Assembly (NCBI GenBank): GCA_025999395.1
Contig: AP024682.1
Location: forward strand, 301,638 to 365,637
From: Candidatus Parcubacteria bacterium
GTDB lineage: Bacteria; Patescibacteriota; Minisyncoccia; UBA6257; JAGOQP01
Length of the DNA: 64,000 nt
Direction of reading: 5' to 3'
Under the pieces are notes generated by a model that was not told where the DNA came from, did no database searches, and saw only the letters and a list, made by a program, of their open reading frames with translations. The position numbers were made by a program, and so were the translations under genes. Below are positions 20,006 to 30,350 of the stretch, in pieces (the first letter of the stretch is position 1; each line of letters starts with the position of its first letter).

Positions 20006-20593
20006 ATGTATCAGGCACAAGATTTTAGTTCTCTTTTAGGGTTAAAAGGATTTAGTGATCAAGCTCTCAGTCTTCATTTTTCTCTTTATCAAGGTTATGT
20101 GAATAATGTCAATAAAATTTTGGAAAGACTTGCTTTTCTAAGAAAAGAAAACCAAGCCGATTCTTTGGAATTTGCCGAATTAGCTCGACGCTTGGGGTGG
20201 GAGTTTAATGGAATGAGATTACACGAGTACTATTTTAGTGGTCTTTCCAAGAATCCTTCTTCTCTTAATTCCGATTCGGCTTTAGCGAAAAAAATAGTTC
20301 AGGATTTTGGTAGTTTTCAAGAATGGGAGAAGGATTTTAAATCATTGTCACTAATGCGAGGGATTGGTTGGGTTATTCTTTACTACGATCAGAAAGAGGA
20401 AAGATTAATAAATTTTTGGATTAATGAGCACCAAAGCGGACATCCGGCTGGTTTAAAACCTCTTTTAAACATTGATCTTTTTGAACACGCCTACTTGATC
20501 GATTATGGTACCAAAAAGGCAGATTATCTTCAGGCTTTTTTGGAAGCGGTTGATTGGCAAGTAATTGAAAAAAGGTTTTCTGAAAATAGTTAG
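20006..20593 (+). CDS. sodA: Superoxide dismutase, Fe/Mn family
   Basis: The C-terminus DLFEHAYLIDYGTKKADYLQAFLEAVDW matches the Fe/Mn-SOD signature D-x-W-E-H-A-Y-Y. The N-terminus contains YQGYVNNVN (the HHxKHHxxYVNNLN region). Confidence 0.75.
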   Translation: MYQAQDFSSLLGLKGFSDQALSLHFSLYQGYVNNVNKILERLAFLRKENQADSLEFAELARRLGWEFNGMRLHEYYFSGLSKNPSSLNSDSALAKKIVQDFGSFQEWEKDFKSLSLMRGIGWVILYYDQKEERLINFWINEHQSGHPAGLKPLLNIDLFEHAYLIDYGTKKADYLQAFLEAVDWQVIEKRFSENS

Positions 20594-21489
20594 TTTAAGA
20601 CAAAATCTTCTTTGAGGGGGAGGGGAATAAAACACTTTCTTTCTTTTTTTCCGGCTGGAATAATTTTGGTGATAGCTACTTGATCATCATAAACAGTTGC
20701 TTCGAGAAGTTTGATTCTTTCTCCCCGAAGGAAGGTAAAAACGCCGGGATTAGGATTAAGAGCTCTGATTTTTCTTTCGATTAAAAGAGGATCGTCTTTT
20801 TCTAAATCCACAAAACCATCTTGAGTAGTAAACTTTTTAGTAAAGGTAGCTTTTGAATGATCTTGATTAATTAGCTTTATTTTCTTTTTTAAAAAAAGGG
20901 AAAGGTTTTCTCTTAAGAGTTCTCCTGCGAGTTGAGCTAATTCTTTTTCTAATTCTTCAAAAGACGGACGCCAAGCTTCTTCTTTTTTTAATGTTTCTGA
21001 AGCGATAATTGGTCCGTGGTCTAATTCTTCATCAAGGAGAAAAAGGGTAACTCCAATATTTTTCTCATCTTCTAAAATCATTGTTTGAATAGGCGAAGGT
21101 CCACGATATTTGGGCAAAAGCGAAGGATGAACTCCAATTACTCCCAAGGGAAAGGCTTTTAAAACTTTTGAAGAAATAATTTGAGAGAAGGCAGCCACAA
21201 TTCCCAATTGGATTTCTTTAAAAAGATTTTTTTCTGCAAGTTCTTCCAGTTCTTTTTTTGAAGCGGGTTGAATGATTTTTACTTTTTCTTGTATCTCTTT
21301 TTTTTGAGAGAGAATAAGTTTTTTGGTGGCTGGAGGAGTAATTATTTTTTTGCGCCCAAAGGGTTTGTCGGGGTTACAAATTAAAAGCGAGGGAATCCAC
21401 TTATTTTCGATAAGTTTTTCTAAGACAATTTTGGCAAAATTAGGCGAGCCAAAAAAAGCAAAATTGATTTTTTCTTCATCTTTTTCCAT
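20590..21489 (-). CDS. fmt: Methionyl-tRNA formyltransferase
   Basis: 299 aa. Has FFGSPNFA at the N-terminus, the SLLPKYRGPSPIQ motif, and a C-terminal Fmt domain. Confidence 0.85.
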   Translation of the reverse strand: MEKDEEKINFAFFGSPNFAKIVLEKLIENKWIPSLLICNPDKPFGRKKIITPPATKKLILSQKKEIQEKVKIIQPASKKELEELAEKNLFKEIQLGIVAAFSQIISSKVLKAFPLGVIGVHPSLLPKYRGPSPIQTMILEDEKNIGVTLFLLDEELDHGPIIASETLKKEEAWRPSFEELEKELAQLAGELLRENLSLFLKKKIKLINQDHSKATFTKKFTTQDGFVDLEKDDPLLIERKIRALNPNPGVFTFLRGERIKLLEATVYDDQVAITKIIPAGKKERKCFIPLPLKEDFVLN

Positions 21490-21553
21490 TTAGTGGTTGA
21501 AAGCAATTAATTTATTCTGAGGTTGTTTTCCTTTTAGTTTCATTATATCATCT

Positions 21554-21901
21554 TTGAAAATGAATAAGGAAGAATATCTTAAGCTGTTGAAAAAAAGAGC
21601 TTTTGTCAGTCGAATCTATCGCTCTTATCAATTAGTAGGACTGACTTTAGCTTCTCTGTTGTCTGATAGAAAACATAAAACTCTTTATATTAAGTTGGCC
21701 AAAGAAATAGATAATCAATTGCTTTTGGAGTTGGCGAAAGATATTGCTCAAAGAAATTTAAAAAAACCGGCAGCCTATTTTATGGCGGTTTTAGAAAAGA
21801 AGGGATTGATTCCAAAAGGAGTAAAAAAACCAAAACAAGGAAGAATAAAGCTAAAATATAAAAAATCTTCTCAAGGAAACAAAACAAACAAAAGTAAATA
21901 A
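21554..21901 (+). CDS. Hypothetical Lys-rich protein
   Basis: 115 aa. No recognisable domain. Confidence 0.3.
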   Translation: MKMNKEEYLKLLKKRAFVSRIYRSYQLVGLTLASLLSDRKHKTLYIKLAKEIDNQLLLELAKDIAQRNLKKPAAYFMAVLEKKGLIPKGVKKPKQGRIKLKYKKSSQGNKTNKSK

Positions 21902-21907
21902 AAAATT

Positions 21908-22444
21908 ATGATTAGTGAGGAAAATAAAAAAATTTGGACTCTTTTTAATAAAGATGAGGAAAAAATTTTAAGAAAGAAAGTGAGTGATTTTGATTTTTCC
22001 CGCTATTCGAAGAAAGAAATTGAAGAATTAATTAGATTTTTAAGGAGAATGATGGTGGCTCACAAAGGAATTGGTTTGGCAGCTAATCAGGTAGGCTTAG
22101 ATTTGAGAGTTTTTGTTGCTCAGTTGCCTTCAAGAAAAGGCCAAGGAGGCGGCTATCAAGGTAAGTTTTATGCTATTTTTAATCCTAAAATCGTTTCTTT
22201 GTCTGGAAAAAAGATTAAGGAAGAGGAAGGTTGTTTAAGTGTACCGGGGTTTTGGGGAGAAGTAGAAAGAGCAGAAAAAATAGAGATAGAAGGGTTTGAT
22301 AAAAATCAGCGCCCGATTAGGTTAAAGGCTACTGGGTTACTAGCAAGAATTTTTCAACACGAGATTGATCATTTGGAAGGAAAGCTTTATATCGATAAGG
22401 CAAAAAATCTTTTTTCAATAAATCAAGAGGAAGAAGAAAAATAA
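21908..22444 (+). CDS. def: Peptide deformylase
   Basis: Shows the three PDF motifs: GIGLAANQVG, EGCLSVPG and QHEIDHLEG. Confidence 0.9.
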   Translation: MISEENKKIWTLFNKDEEKILRKKVSDFDFSRYSKKEIEELIRFLRRMMVAHKGIGLAANQVGLDLRVFVAQLPSRKGQGGGYQGKFYAIFNPKIVSLSGKKIKEEEGCLSVPGFWGEVERAEKIEIEGFDKNQRPIRLKATGLLARIFQHEIDHLEGKLYIDKAKNLFSINQEEEEK

Positions 22445-22449
22445 TTTCT

Positions 22450-23046
22450 ATGCGTCTTTTTATTGCTATAGATTTACCCGCTGAAATTAAAGATTCTCTC
22501 TGGCAGCAATTAGCTTATTTAAGGGATTATCTTGAATTTGCTCGCTTTGTTGAAAAAGAAAATCTTCATCTCACCTTGGCTTTTTTAGGAAATCAGCCAG
22601 AAAAATCTTTGAACTTAATTAAAGAAGCAATAAAAGATACCGCTTTAAATTTTACTTCTCAAAAGTTGGTTATTGACAAAATATCTCTTGGGCCCTCTGA
22701 ACTTAAACCTAGAATGATTTGGTTGGGGTTTGATAAAGCTTCTCAAGGTTATTTGGAATCTTTGACTAATCATTTAAGAAAGAATTTAAAAAAAGCTGCT
22801 CTTGATTTTGATGAAAAGGATTTTTCTAGCCATATTACGCTTGCCCGTTTTGATAATCGCTGGCAATTGAAGTTTCAAAAAAAGCTTTCTTTGTCAGAAA
22901 AAAATCGCGAAATTAAAAGGATTAAGGAAGACTTTTCGCCTTTCAAGTTGGAATTTTGGGTTGAAAAAATTACTCTTTTTGAATCAAATTTAACCCCTAC
23001 CGGTCCTCTTTACAAAAAAATTTTTGAATTTGAATTAAAGAAGTGA
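22450..23046 (+). CDS. thpR: RNA 2',3'-cyclic phosphodiesterase (2H phosphoesterase, ThpR/LigT family)
   Basis: Two H-x-T-x motifs: HLTLAF and HITLARF. Confidence 0.8.
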   Translation: MRLFIAIDLPAEIKDSLWQQLAYLRDYLEFARFVEKENLHLTLAFLGNQPEKSLNLIKEAIKDTALNFTSQKLVIDKISLGPSELKPRMIWLGFDKASQGYLESLTNHLRKNLKKAALDFDEKDFSSHITLARFDNRWQLKFQKKLSLSEKNREIKRIKEDFSPFKLEFWVEKITLFESNLTPTGPLYKKIFEFELKK

Positions 23047-23077
23047 TAAAATGGCCAAGTAAAGTTTTTATTATTTA

Positions 23078-24373
23078 TTGAAAGAAATGAATCTGAATTT
23101 TCTTAAAAAATTTAAAATTTCTCGCGATTCTATTTCTTATTTTGTTATTGCTTTGGTAGTGGTTGTTTTGATCGGCGGCTCTTATTGGCTGGGGTTTTTA
23201 AAGGGGATTCGGGAAACAAAAAAAATTGTGGTTGAAGGAGTAACCAATCCTCAAAAAGAGGGGATTGATTTTTCTCTTTTTTGGGAAGCTTGGAATGTTC
23301 TAAAATCCAAGTATGTTTCTCAAGAAAAAGTTAGCGATGATCGTTCTCTTTTGTACGGTTCAATTGCGGGCTTGCTTTCTTCTTTAAAAGATCCCAATAC
23401 TTCATTTTTTTCTCCTGAAGATGCGGAAAAGTTTAGTCAAGATATTAGTGGAGAATTTGGAGGAATTGGAGCGGAAATTGGCTTAAATAAAGACGGTCAG
23501 TTAATTGTTATTACTCCTTTAAAAGGAACCCCTGCTGAAAAAGCGGGGCTAAAACCTCAAGATAAAATTCTTAAAATAAATAATGAGAACACTTTTGGCT
23601 TAAGTGTGGAGGAGGCAGTAAGAAAAATTAGAGGGCCGAAAGGAACGGTGGTAACTTTAACTATTTTTCGTGAAGGGTGGGAAAAGGAGAAAGATTTTTC
23701 TATTACTCGTGACATCATTCAAATTCCTACTCTTGATTTCAAAACTTTGAACTTTGAGGGGAAGGAAGACAAAAAGGGAAAGATTGCTTACATTAAACTT
23801 AATAACTTTTATGAAAAAGCCCCTTCTCTTTTTTATCAAGCAGCTTTAAAGGCAATCTTTTCTCAAGCTGAGGGAATTATTTTGGATTTAAGAAATAACC
23901 CCGGTGGTTATTTGGAAGCAGCGGTCAATATTGGGGGCTGGTTTATTGAAAAAGGAAAAACTATTGTAGTTGAAGAATTTCGAGACAAAAGTCAAAATGA
24001 AACCTTTGTTTCTCGAGGGCCTTCTATTTTTAAAGATGTCCCTACCGTTGTTCTTATTAATAAAGGATCAGCTTCTGCTTCTGAAATTTTGGCTGGGGCC
24101 TTAAAGGAAAATAATGGAGCAATTATTATGGGAGAAAAAAGTTTTGGTAAGGGAACAGTTCAGGAGCTGGTTAATTTAAGTGATCAATCAATGCTTAAAA
24201 TTACCGTTGCTTATTGGCTAACTCCTCAAGGTCATCGGATTGATCAGAATGGTATTGAGCCGGATATAGAATTAAAATCACCTCAGGAGAACGAAAAAGA
24301 AGAATTTGATACTGATTCGTGGATAAAAGAAGCTACTCAAGTTTTAGTTAAAAAGATAAAAGGAGAAAACTAA
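23078..24373 (+). CDS. ctpA: Carboxyl-terminal processing protease (S41 peptidase with PDZ domain)
   Basis: Has an N-terminal TM segment, a PDZ region (GIGAEIG...DKILKINN) and the S41 catalytic region [13 protein letters not shown]...GKGTVQ. Confidence 0.85.
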   Translation: MKEMNLNFLKKFKISRDSISYFVIALVVVVLIGGSYWLGFLKGIRETKKIVVEGVTNPQKEGIDFSLFWEAWNVLKSKYVSQEKVSDDRSLLYGSIAGLLSSLKDPNTSFFSPEDAEKFSQDISGEFGGIGAEIGLNKDGQLIVITPLKGTPAEKAGLKPQDKILKINNENTFGLSVEEAVRKIRGPKGTVVTLTIFREGWEKEKDFSITRDIIQIPTLDFKTLNFEGKEDKKGKIAYIKLNNFYEKAPSLFYQAALKAIFSQAEGIILDLRNNPGGYLEAAVNIGGWFIEKGKTIVVEEFRDKSQNETFVSRGPSIFKDVPTVVLINKGSASASEILAGALKENNGAIIMGEKSFGKGTVQELVNLSDQSMLKITVAYWLTPQGHRIDQNGIEPDIELKSPQENEKEEFDTDSWIKEATQVLVKKIKGEN

Positions 24374-24383
24374 GCTTTCAAAA

Positions 24384-24860
24384 ATGAAGGTTCTCTTGCT
24401 GCAGGACATTAAGGGAGTAGGTAAAAAGGGAGAGATTAAAGATCTAGCTGATGGTTATGTGCGCAATTTTCTGCTACCTAAGAAATTAGCAGTGCTTGCG
24501 ACACCTCAAAAAGAAAAAGAGGAACAACAAAGAAAGGAAAGAGAAGAAAAAGAAAAGTTAAAGAAGCTTCATTTTTTGGAAACTTTCTTGCCCCAGCTGG
24601 CTGCTACTACCTTTTCTTTTAAGGTTAAAGTTGGAAAGAATAAAGAAATTTTTAGCTCGGTTACTAGTCAGCAAATCAAGAAAAAAGTTTTGGATTTTTT
24701 AAATAGCCAAGATAAAGAAGTTGTTTTTCAAGAGGATGAGATTTTTTTGGAAATTAAGCCTTTAAGAGAGATTGGAGAAAAGAAAATCTCCCTTAAAATT
24801 GGCAAGGGAGAAGTTTCTAAAGAAGCAACAGTTAACCTTAAGATAGAGGCTGAAGAGTAA
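24384..24860 (+). CDS. rplI: 50S ribosomal protein L9
   Basis: The N-terminus [36 protein letters not shown] is the canonical L9 N-domain. Confidence 0.9.
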   Translation: MKVLLLQDIKGVGKKGEIKDLADGYVRNFLLPKKLAVLATPQKEKEEQQRKEREEKEKLKKLHFLETFLPQLAATTFSFKVKVGKNKEIFSSVTSQQIKKKVLDFLNSQDKEVVFQEDEIFLEIKPLREIGEKKISLKIGKGEVSKEATVNLKIEAEE

Positions 24861-24862
24861 AT

Positions 24863-25141
24863 CTATTGAGGAAGAACGCTTACTTGAGTAGCGTAGCGAT
24901 GGTTGCCGTCGAATCTAATTTTCTTCACTCTTTTAAATTGAACCACTCCACTTTTTAGAGCGTAAAGAGTATCATCGGCACCCACTTTAACATTTTTTCC
25001 TGCTAAATAACGAGCTCCTCTTTGACGGACGAGAATTTCTCCACTTTTTACTAATTGGCCGTGCTGCCTTTTAATGCCTAACCGTTTAGCCTCTGAATCG
25101 CGACCTAATTTAGTTGAACCTAATTGCTTAGTATGAGCCAT
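24863..25141 (-). CDS. rpmA: 50S ribosomal protein L27
   Basis: [16 protein letters not shown]...[21 protein letters not shown] is the L27 signature. Confidence 0.9.
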   Translation of the reverse strand: MAHTKQLGSTKLGRDSEAKRLGIKRQHGQLVKSGEILVRQRGARYLAGKNVKVGADDTLYALKSGVVQFKRVKKIRFDGNHRYATQVSVLPQ

Positions 25142-25249
25142 AAGAAGATGTTTTTAATAAGTTAGATTTTAAAAGATTTGAAGTGCGCTTTATTATATCT
25201 TATAATGATAACCTGTGTCAATAATTTTTAAGAATCAAGGCAAATTTTT

Positions 25250-25948
25250 ATGGAAAGTAAAAAATTGGTTTTTGATATTGAAACGGCCGGTAAGGAATTT
25301 GAGTCACTGGATGTGATTTCTCAAGACTTTATGCTAAAGTATGCGGAAAGCGATGAGGAAGAGGAAAGAGTAAAGGAGGGGACAAGCTTTTATCCTTTAA
25401 CCGGGGAGGTGGTAGCAATTGGAGTGCTTAATCCAGATTCTGGACAAGGAGCGGTTTTTGTTCAAAGTGAAGATAAAAATCTTCCCTCGATCTTAGAAGA
25501 GGGAATTTCTTTAGAAAAAGGAAGCGAAAAGGAAATTTTGGAAAAATTTTGGGAAGTAGCAAAGTTTTATAATGTTTTTATTTCTTTTAATGGAAGAAGA
25601 TTTGATATTCCTTTTTTAATGATTCGCTCAGCAATTTTAGGAGTTAAACCTTCAAAAAATCTTTTAGCTAATCGATATCTTTCCAGCCAGCCTCAAGAAG
25701 CTAAACATATTGATTTGTTTGATCAACTTTCCTTTTATGGGGCTAGCCGCAAAAATTTTCCTCTTCATATGTGGACTAAAGCTTTTGGGATTAAAAGTCC
25801 CAAAGAAGATGGAATTAGCGGGAATGATATCACCGCTCTTTATCGAGAAGGGAAAATTTTAGAGATTGCCAAATACAATTTAGAAGATTTAAAATCAACT
25901 GCTGAATTGTATCGTTTTTGGGAAAAATATTTGAATTTTAATAATTAA
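25250..25948 (+). CDS. Predicted RNase H-like fold 3'-5' exonuclease (PolB-exo/YprB-like)
   Basis: The N-terminal LVFDIETAG is an Exo I-type DxE motif. No other domain was recognised. Confidence 0.4.
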   Translation: MESKKLVFDIETAGKEFESLDVISQDFMLKYAESDEEEERVKEGTSFYPLTGEVVAIGVLNPDSGQGAVFVQSEDKNLPSILEEGISLEKGSEKEILEKFWEVAKFYNVFISFNGRRFDIPFLMIRSAILGVKPSKNLLANRYLSSQPQEAKHIDLFDQLSFYGASRKNFPLHMWTKAFGIKSPKEDGISGNDITALYREGKILEIAKYNLEDLKSTAELYRFWEKYLNFNN

Positions 25949-25958
25949 TTATAAATCT

Positions 25959-26714
25959 ATGAGTTTATTTTTTTACTCTGTAGGGAGTGTTTTTTTAGTA
26001 AGCCTTATTTCCTTGATAGGGATTTTTACTCTTTATACCAACGAAGAGAAGTTGAGAAAAATTATTACTTTTCTTGTAAGTCTAGCAGCGGGGGGATTAC
26101 TGGGGGATACTTTTATCCATCTTATTCCTCAATCTTTTGAAAGATTAGATGGCGAACTTACTGTTCCAGCTTTAGTGTTGGTGGGAATTCTTTTGTTTTT
26201 TATTTTAGAAAAATTTATTCGTTGGCGTCATTGTCATATTAAAACTTCAGAAAATCATCTTCATCCGGTAGCTTTTATGAATATTGTGGGAGATAGCGTC
26301 CACAATTTTGCTGATGGGGTAGCTATTGGTGCTAGTTTCCTAGTTAGTTTGCCGGTAGGAGTTGCTACTACTTTAGCGGTAATTTTACACGAAATTCCTC
26401 AGGAGATGGGAGATTTTGGGATTTTGATTAAGTGGGGACTTTCTGCTAAAAAAGCTCTCTTTTTTAATTTTCTTACTGCTTTAACCTCCTTGGTGGGAGT
26501 AGGGTTGGTTTTTATGATAGGAGATTTGTCTAAATATCTTTCCTTAATTCTTTTGCCGGTGATTGCTGGAGGCTTTCTTTATATTGCTGGCTCCGATTTA
26601 ATTCCGGAACTTCACAATAATAAATGCGAAACTCACCTTTTTGAGTCTTTGGTTCAGTTAGCCGGCATTGTTTTAGGCTTGGTTTTAATGGCGCTTCTTT
26701 CTTTAATGGAATAA
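25959..26714 (+). CDS. zupT: ZIP family metal (zinc) transporter
   Basis: The HEIPQEMGDFGIL motif matches the ZIP signature HEIPHELGDF. Multiple TM helices. Confidence 0.8.
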   Translation: MSLFFYSVGSVFLVSLISLIGIFTLYTNEEKLRKIITFLVSLAAGGLLGDTFIHLIPQSFERLDGELTVPALVLVGILLFFILEKFIRWRHCHIKTSENHLHPVAFMNIVGDSVHNFADGVAIGASFLVSLPVGVATTLAVILHEIPQEMGDFGILIKWGLSAKKALFFNFLTALTSLVGVGLVFMIGDLSKYLSLILLPVIAGGFLYIAGSDLIPELHNNKCETHLFESLVQLAGIVLGLVLMALLSLME

Positions 26715-26754
26715 GAAAGAAATTTTAAAGGTTTGTTTTTTTAGTTTCAAAAAT

Positions 26755-27360
26755 CTAAAGGAATTGCTTAATCACTTGAAAATCTTTTTTTAACTCTTCT
26801 TTAACATTATTGTTATAAACGGCAACGGCTGGGTGATAAAGAGGAATAATTTTTACCGCATGCCCTAATAAAGGATTAGCCGAAAAAACCTTTCCTTTAA
26901 TTTGGCTAATTGGCTTAATTTCATTTTTAAGGCCAAACTTTTCTAAGATGTAAGCAGTGGAAAATCTTCCTAAAGTAACGATTACTTGAGGTTGAATTAT
27001 TTCTATTTGTCTATCAAGAAAAGGAGCATAAACCTTTATTTCTTCCGGTAAAGGATCGCGGTTTTCTGGCGGGCGATCCTTCAGGATGTTAGTAATGTAA
27101 ACTTCGCTTCGAGGAAGGCCAATACTTGCTAAGAGTTCATCTAAAATTTTGCCGGCAGCTCCGCAGAAAGGAATACCGCTTTCAGCCTCATTTCTTCCAG
27201 GGGCTTCGCCAATAAACATTATTTTGGCATCGTGATTGCCTTGGCCGATAACGGGATAATAGTTATTGGCTACTCTGTAAGAATAAAGAGGGGAGCTTTT
27301 TAAATTAAGCACTTCATCTCTGATTTGCTTAAGAAGTTCCTCTTTTTTTTGCTTATCCAT
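26755..27360 (-). CDS. Uracil-DNA glycosylase, family 4
   Basis: The GEAPGRNEAESGIPFCGAAGKILD motif is typical of family 4 UDGs. Confidence 0.8.
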   Translation of the reverse strand: MDKQKKEELLKQIRDEVLNLKSSPLYSYRVANNYYPVIGQGNHDAKIMFIGEAPGRNEAESGIPFCGAAGKILDELLASIGLPRSEVYITNILKDRPPENRDPLPEEIKVYAPFLDRQIEIIQPQVIVTLGRFSTAYILEKFGLKNEIKPISQIKGKVFSANPLLGHAVKIIPLYHPAVAVYNNNVKEELKKDFQVIKQFL

Positions 27361-27541
27361 TTTTATTAAGAATACAAAAAAGATTTCTCTTTGACAATTT
27401 AGCTTTGGTATTGAGGATTTCTTTATTTGACTTTTTCGAAATAAGGTTTATAGTTAAAAGGTGCTCTTTGGGTTCTTTAAAAATTAAAAAGAAGGTCCTT
27501 CCTAAAGTAGCGTTCAATAGTAAAAAAATATTGTAGTTGTC

Positions 27542-27829
27542 ATGGCTAAGAAATTGTATGTAGGAAACTTATCCTACAAAACTACAGGCGATCAGTTATC
27601 AGAAATGTTTTCTGAGGCTGGAGAAGTTTCTTCGGCTAATGTCATTGTTGACAAAATGTCCGGCCGTTCTCGCGGATTTGGTTTTGTCGAAATGGCTAAT
27701 GATGAAGAAGCAGACAAAGCTATCGAGATGTTTAACGGAAAAGAAGTAGACGGAAGAAGATTGGTGGTTAACGAAGCCCGACCTCTCAAAGAAAGAGGAA
27801 GTGGCTTTTCAAGGAATCGAAGAAGATAG
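27542..27829 (+). CDS. RNA-binding protein (RRM domain)
   Basis: RNP2 LYVGNL and RNP1 RGFGFVEM. Has a Gly/Arg-rich tail. Confidence 0.85.
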   Translation: MAKKLYVGNLSYKTTGDQLSEMFSEAGEVSSANVIVDKMSGRSRGFGFVEMANDEEADKAIEMFNGKEVDGRRLVVNEARPLKERGSGFSRNRRR

Positions 27830-27850
27830 TTTTGATAATCAGCCTTAAAA

Positions 27851-27880
27851 GCGTCCCTCTTTAAAAAGGGGCGCTTTTTG
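27851..27880 (+). terminator. Rho-independent terminator after the RRM protein gene
   Basis: gcgtccc/ggggcgc hairpin with one G-U pair, followed by TTTTT. Confidence 0.6.
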
Positions 27881-27893
27881 TTTAAGGGCTTTT

Positions 27894-28691
27894 TTGTTTT
27901 TTCTTTGCTTGGTTGTTATTTCTTTTGTTTTTATTTATACTAAAGCTTGTTTTAAAATTATGTCTTTTTCTTCAAATAAAAAATTTATTTCTGGTGAGGA
28001 TTTTAAATTGAGTCGTTCGAAACTGGAACTTTTTCTTCAGTGTCGACGCTGTTTTTATTTGGATAGGCGACTGAATATTGCTCAGCCAGCCTCAGCCCCT
28101 TTTACCCTTAATTCTGCAGTTGATTTTCTTTTAAAGAAAGAATTTGATATTTATCGTCAAAAGAAAGAGCCTCACCCCTTAATGAAGAAGCATAAAATAA
28201 AAGCCATTCCTTTTTGGCATCCGGAGATTGATGAGTGGAGAAATAACTTTAAAGGGATTTCCTTTTATCATTCTCCTACAAAAATAATTCTTCAGGGGGC
28301 GATTGATGATGTTTGGCAAAACGAAAAAGGGGAGTTAATTATTGTTGATTATAAAGCAACTAGCATTAATGGCGAAGTGTCTTTAGATTCTTCTTGGAAA
28401 GAATCTTACAAAAGACAGATAGAAATCTATCAATGGCTTTTTAAAATGAATGGTTTCAATGTTTCTCGGATGGGTTATTTTGTTTATGCTAATGGTAAGA
28501 AAGATGTGGCGGGTTTTGGAGAAAAACTCGAGTTTGATGTTCGGATTCTACCTTACGAAGGCAATTCTTTTTGGGTAGAGGAAGCTCTTTTTGAAGCGAG
28601 AAAATGCTTGGAGGATGAAAAAATTCCTCCCTTTAACGAGAAATGTCCTTTTTGTCTTTATTCTCAAAAAATTAAGGAAATCGAAAATTAA
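27894..28691 (+). CDS. PD-(D/E)xK nuclease superfamily protein with a Cys cluster (Cas4/RecB-nuclease-like fold)
   Basis: CRRC near the N-terminus, DDV...IIVDYK (the D..D/ExK core), and a C-terminal CPFC. The true start may be the Met at about 27960. Confidence 0.5.
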   Translation: MFFLCLVVISFVFIYTKACFKIMSFSSNKKFISGEDFKLSRSKLELFLQCRRCFYLDRRLNIAQPASAPFTLNSAVDFLLKKEFDIYRQKKEPHPLMKKHKIKAIPFWHPEIDEWRNNFKGISFYHSPTKIILQGAIDDVWQNEKGELIIVDYKATSINGEVSLDSSWKESYKRQIEIYQWLFKMNGFNVSRMGYFVYANGKKDVAGFGEKLEFDVRILPYEGNSFWVEEALFEARKCLEDEKIPPFNEKCPFCLYSQKIKEIEN

Positions 28692-28716
28692 AATTTTTTA
28701 AAAATTTCGAAGGCTT

Positions 28717-29139
28717 ATGAGGTGGTTTCTTTATGCGATTTTTTCTTCATTATTTGCGGCATTAGTGGCTATTTTTGGGAAGTTGGGATTAAAGAATACT
28801 GACTCGGTGCTTGCGACTACGATCCGAGGAGTAATTATGGCGATTTTTCTTTTAGTGACGAGTTTTTTTCTGAAGAAATTTAGTTTAAATAATTTTAACT
28901 CACTTTCCTGGAAGGATTGGGTTTTAATTGTGGCTGCGGGTTTAGCAGGAGCGCTTTCTTGGATTTTTTACTTTTTAGCTTTAAAAGAAGGAATGGCTTC
29001 TAAAGTCGCAGCGATCGATCGAACTAGTATTATCTTTGTAATTATTCTTTCAGTATTAATCTTAGGGGAAAAAATTAGCTGGAAAGCCTTTCTGGGGGCA
29101 ATTTTAATGGCGGCAGGAGCAATTATGGTTATTCTTTGA
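28717..29139 (+). CDS. EamA-like (DMT superfamily) small membrane transporter
   Basis: 140 aa with four TM helices. The Gly-rich C-terminal helix is typical of the EamA half-domain. Confidence 0.5.
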   Translation: MRWFLYAIFSSLFAALVAIFGKLGLKNTDSVLATTIRGVIMAIFLLVTSFFLKKFSLNNFNSLSWKDWVLIVAAGLAGALSWIFYFLALKEGMASKVAAIDRTSIIFVIILSVLILGEKISWKAFLGAILMAAGAIMVIL

Positions 29140-29620
29140 TTTTTCTAAATTCTATTAAATCTCCCTTTTTGAGATTTAATTTTTTAATTGTGCCGGCTTT
29201 TACTTCTAAGACTTTATCGACTTTTTCTTTGGGGTAAACAATTTGAGGGGAAAGAAAACGACTGGGCGGAGGAATGTTTTCTGCTAAATCAACGATTTGA
29301 TTTTGATTTATCCAGATAAAGTCTAAAGCGAATTTCATATCTTTCATCCAAAAGAAGGGAATTTGAGGTCTTTCGAAAACAAATATCATTCCTTGATTTT
29401 CTGAAAGCTCCTCTCTTTGAGAAAGCCCCTTTTCTTTTTTAAGAGAAGAAACTGCTGCCTCGGCTTGAATAGTTTTATCTTTAAAGATAACTTCGATAAT
29501 TTCCCCATCTTTTAGAGGATAAAGGAAATTTAAGCTGGGGGTTGAATGAGAGCCTTTAAAAATAAAGATGATTGGCCAACTAACTAATAAAAAGAAGGCT
29601 AAAATTAATATCTTGGTCAT
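29129..29620 (-). CDS. DUF192 domain protein
   Basis: Signal anchor plus MKDMKFALDFIWIN, characteristic of DUF192/COG1430. Confidence 0.5.
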   Translation of the reverse strand: MTKILILAFFLLVSWPIIFIFKGSHSTPSLNFLYPLKDGEIIEVIFKDKTIQAEAAVSSLKKEKGLSQREELSENQGMIFVFERPQIPFFWMKDMKFALDFIWINQNQIVDLAENIPPPSRFLSPQIVYPKEKVDKVLEVKAGTIKKLNLKKGDLIEFRKIKE

Positions 29621-29709
29621 TTTATTTTTGGTTAATGAATTATCCGCAGTTAATTTTAACAGAGTTGTTTATTATGATAAAATAAGATTAGAAAAATTTC
29701 ACTTTAACT

Positions 29710-29859
29710 ATGAGAAATTATTCAAAAGTAGGTAATCGTGTAGGAAAACCAGCTTACCGTACTCCAGCTTATTTTCGTCTTCTTCAAAATTTTAAAGTAA
29801 GAAAGTTAAAGGTTAGATTTTTGGAAGGAAGGAATTTTAAAAAGAAAAAATCTTCCTAA
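29710..29859 (+). CDS. Possible small basic protein (49 aa), unannotated
   Basis: Manual translation gives MRNYSKVGNRVGKPAYRTPAYFRLLQNFKVRKLKVRFLEGRNFKKKKSS. It sits in a 280-nt intergenic gap. Whether it is coding is uncertain. Confidence 0.2.
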   Translation: MRNYSKVGNRVGKPAYRTPAYFRLLQNFKVRKLKVRFLEGRNFKKKKSS

Positions 29860-29901
29860 ATTTTTATTTGAAAATTTAAATTAACTTTAGAAATCAAGAC
29901 T

Positions 29902-30345
29902 ATGAAATTTTTTATTTTCTTTGTTGGTTTGGTGGTGATTTTAGGGTTAATTTTTTGGAAACTAGTTAATCAACCCAATAATATTAGCGAGCAAAACCTC
30001 AATTTAGGAATAAAAGGACTTTCGGTGGTAGAGCTTAAGGCAGGAGAGGGAGAGGTGGCTCAAAAAGGAGATCGAGTTAGCGTTCACTATGTAGGTAAGT
30101 TAGCTAGTGACGGAAAGGAGTTTGATAACTCTTATAAAAGAGGAACTCCTTTCTCTTTTGTTTTAGGCTCTGGAGAGGTAATAAAGGGCTGGGAAGAAGG
30201 GATTGTCGGAATGAAGGTGGGAGGGAAAAGAAAATTAACTATTGCTCCGGATTTAGCTTATGGTGAAAGAGGATTTCCTCAAGCTGGTATTCCTCCTCAA
30301 GCAACTTTAATTTTCGAAGTAGAGTTGTTAAGGGTGGAAAAGTAA
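29902..30345 (+). CDS. FKBP-type peptidyl-prolyl cis-trans isomerase
   Basis: VHYVGKLASDGKEFDNSYKRGTPFSFVLGSGEVIKGWEEGIVGMKVGGKRKLTIAPDLAYG is the FKBP fold signature. Has an N-terminal signal anchor. Confidence 0.9.
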   Translation: MKFFIFFVGLVVILGLIFWKLVNQPNNISEQNLNLGIKGLSVVELKAGEGEVAQKGDRVSVHYVGKLASDGKEFDNSYKRGTPFSFVLGSGEVIKGWEEGIVGMKVGGKRKLTIAPDLAYGERGFPQAGIPPQATLIFEVELLRVEK

Positions 30346-30350
30346 TTTTT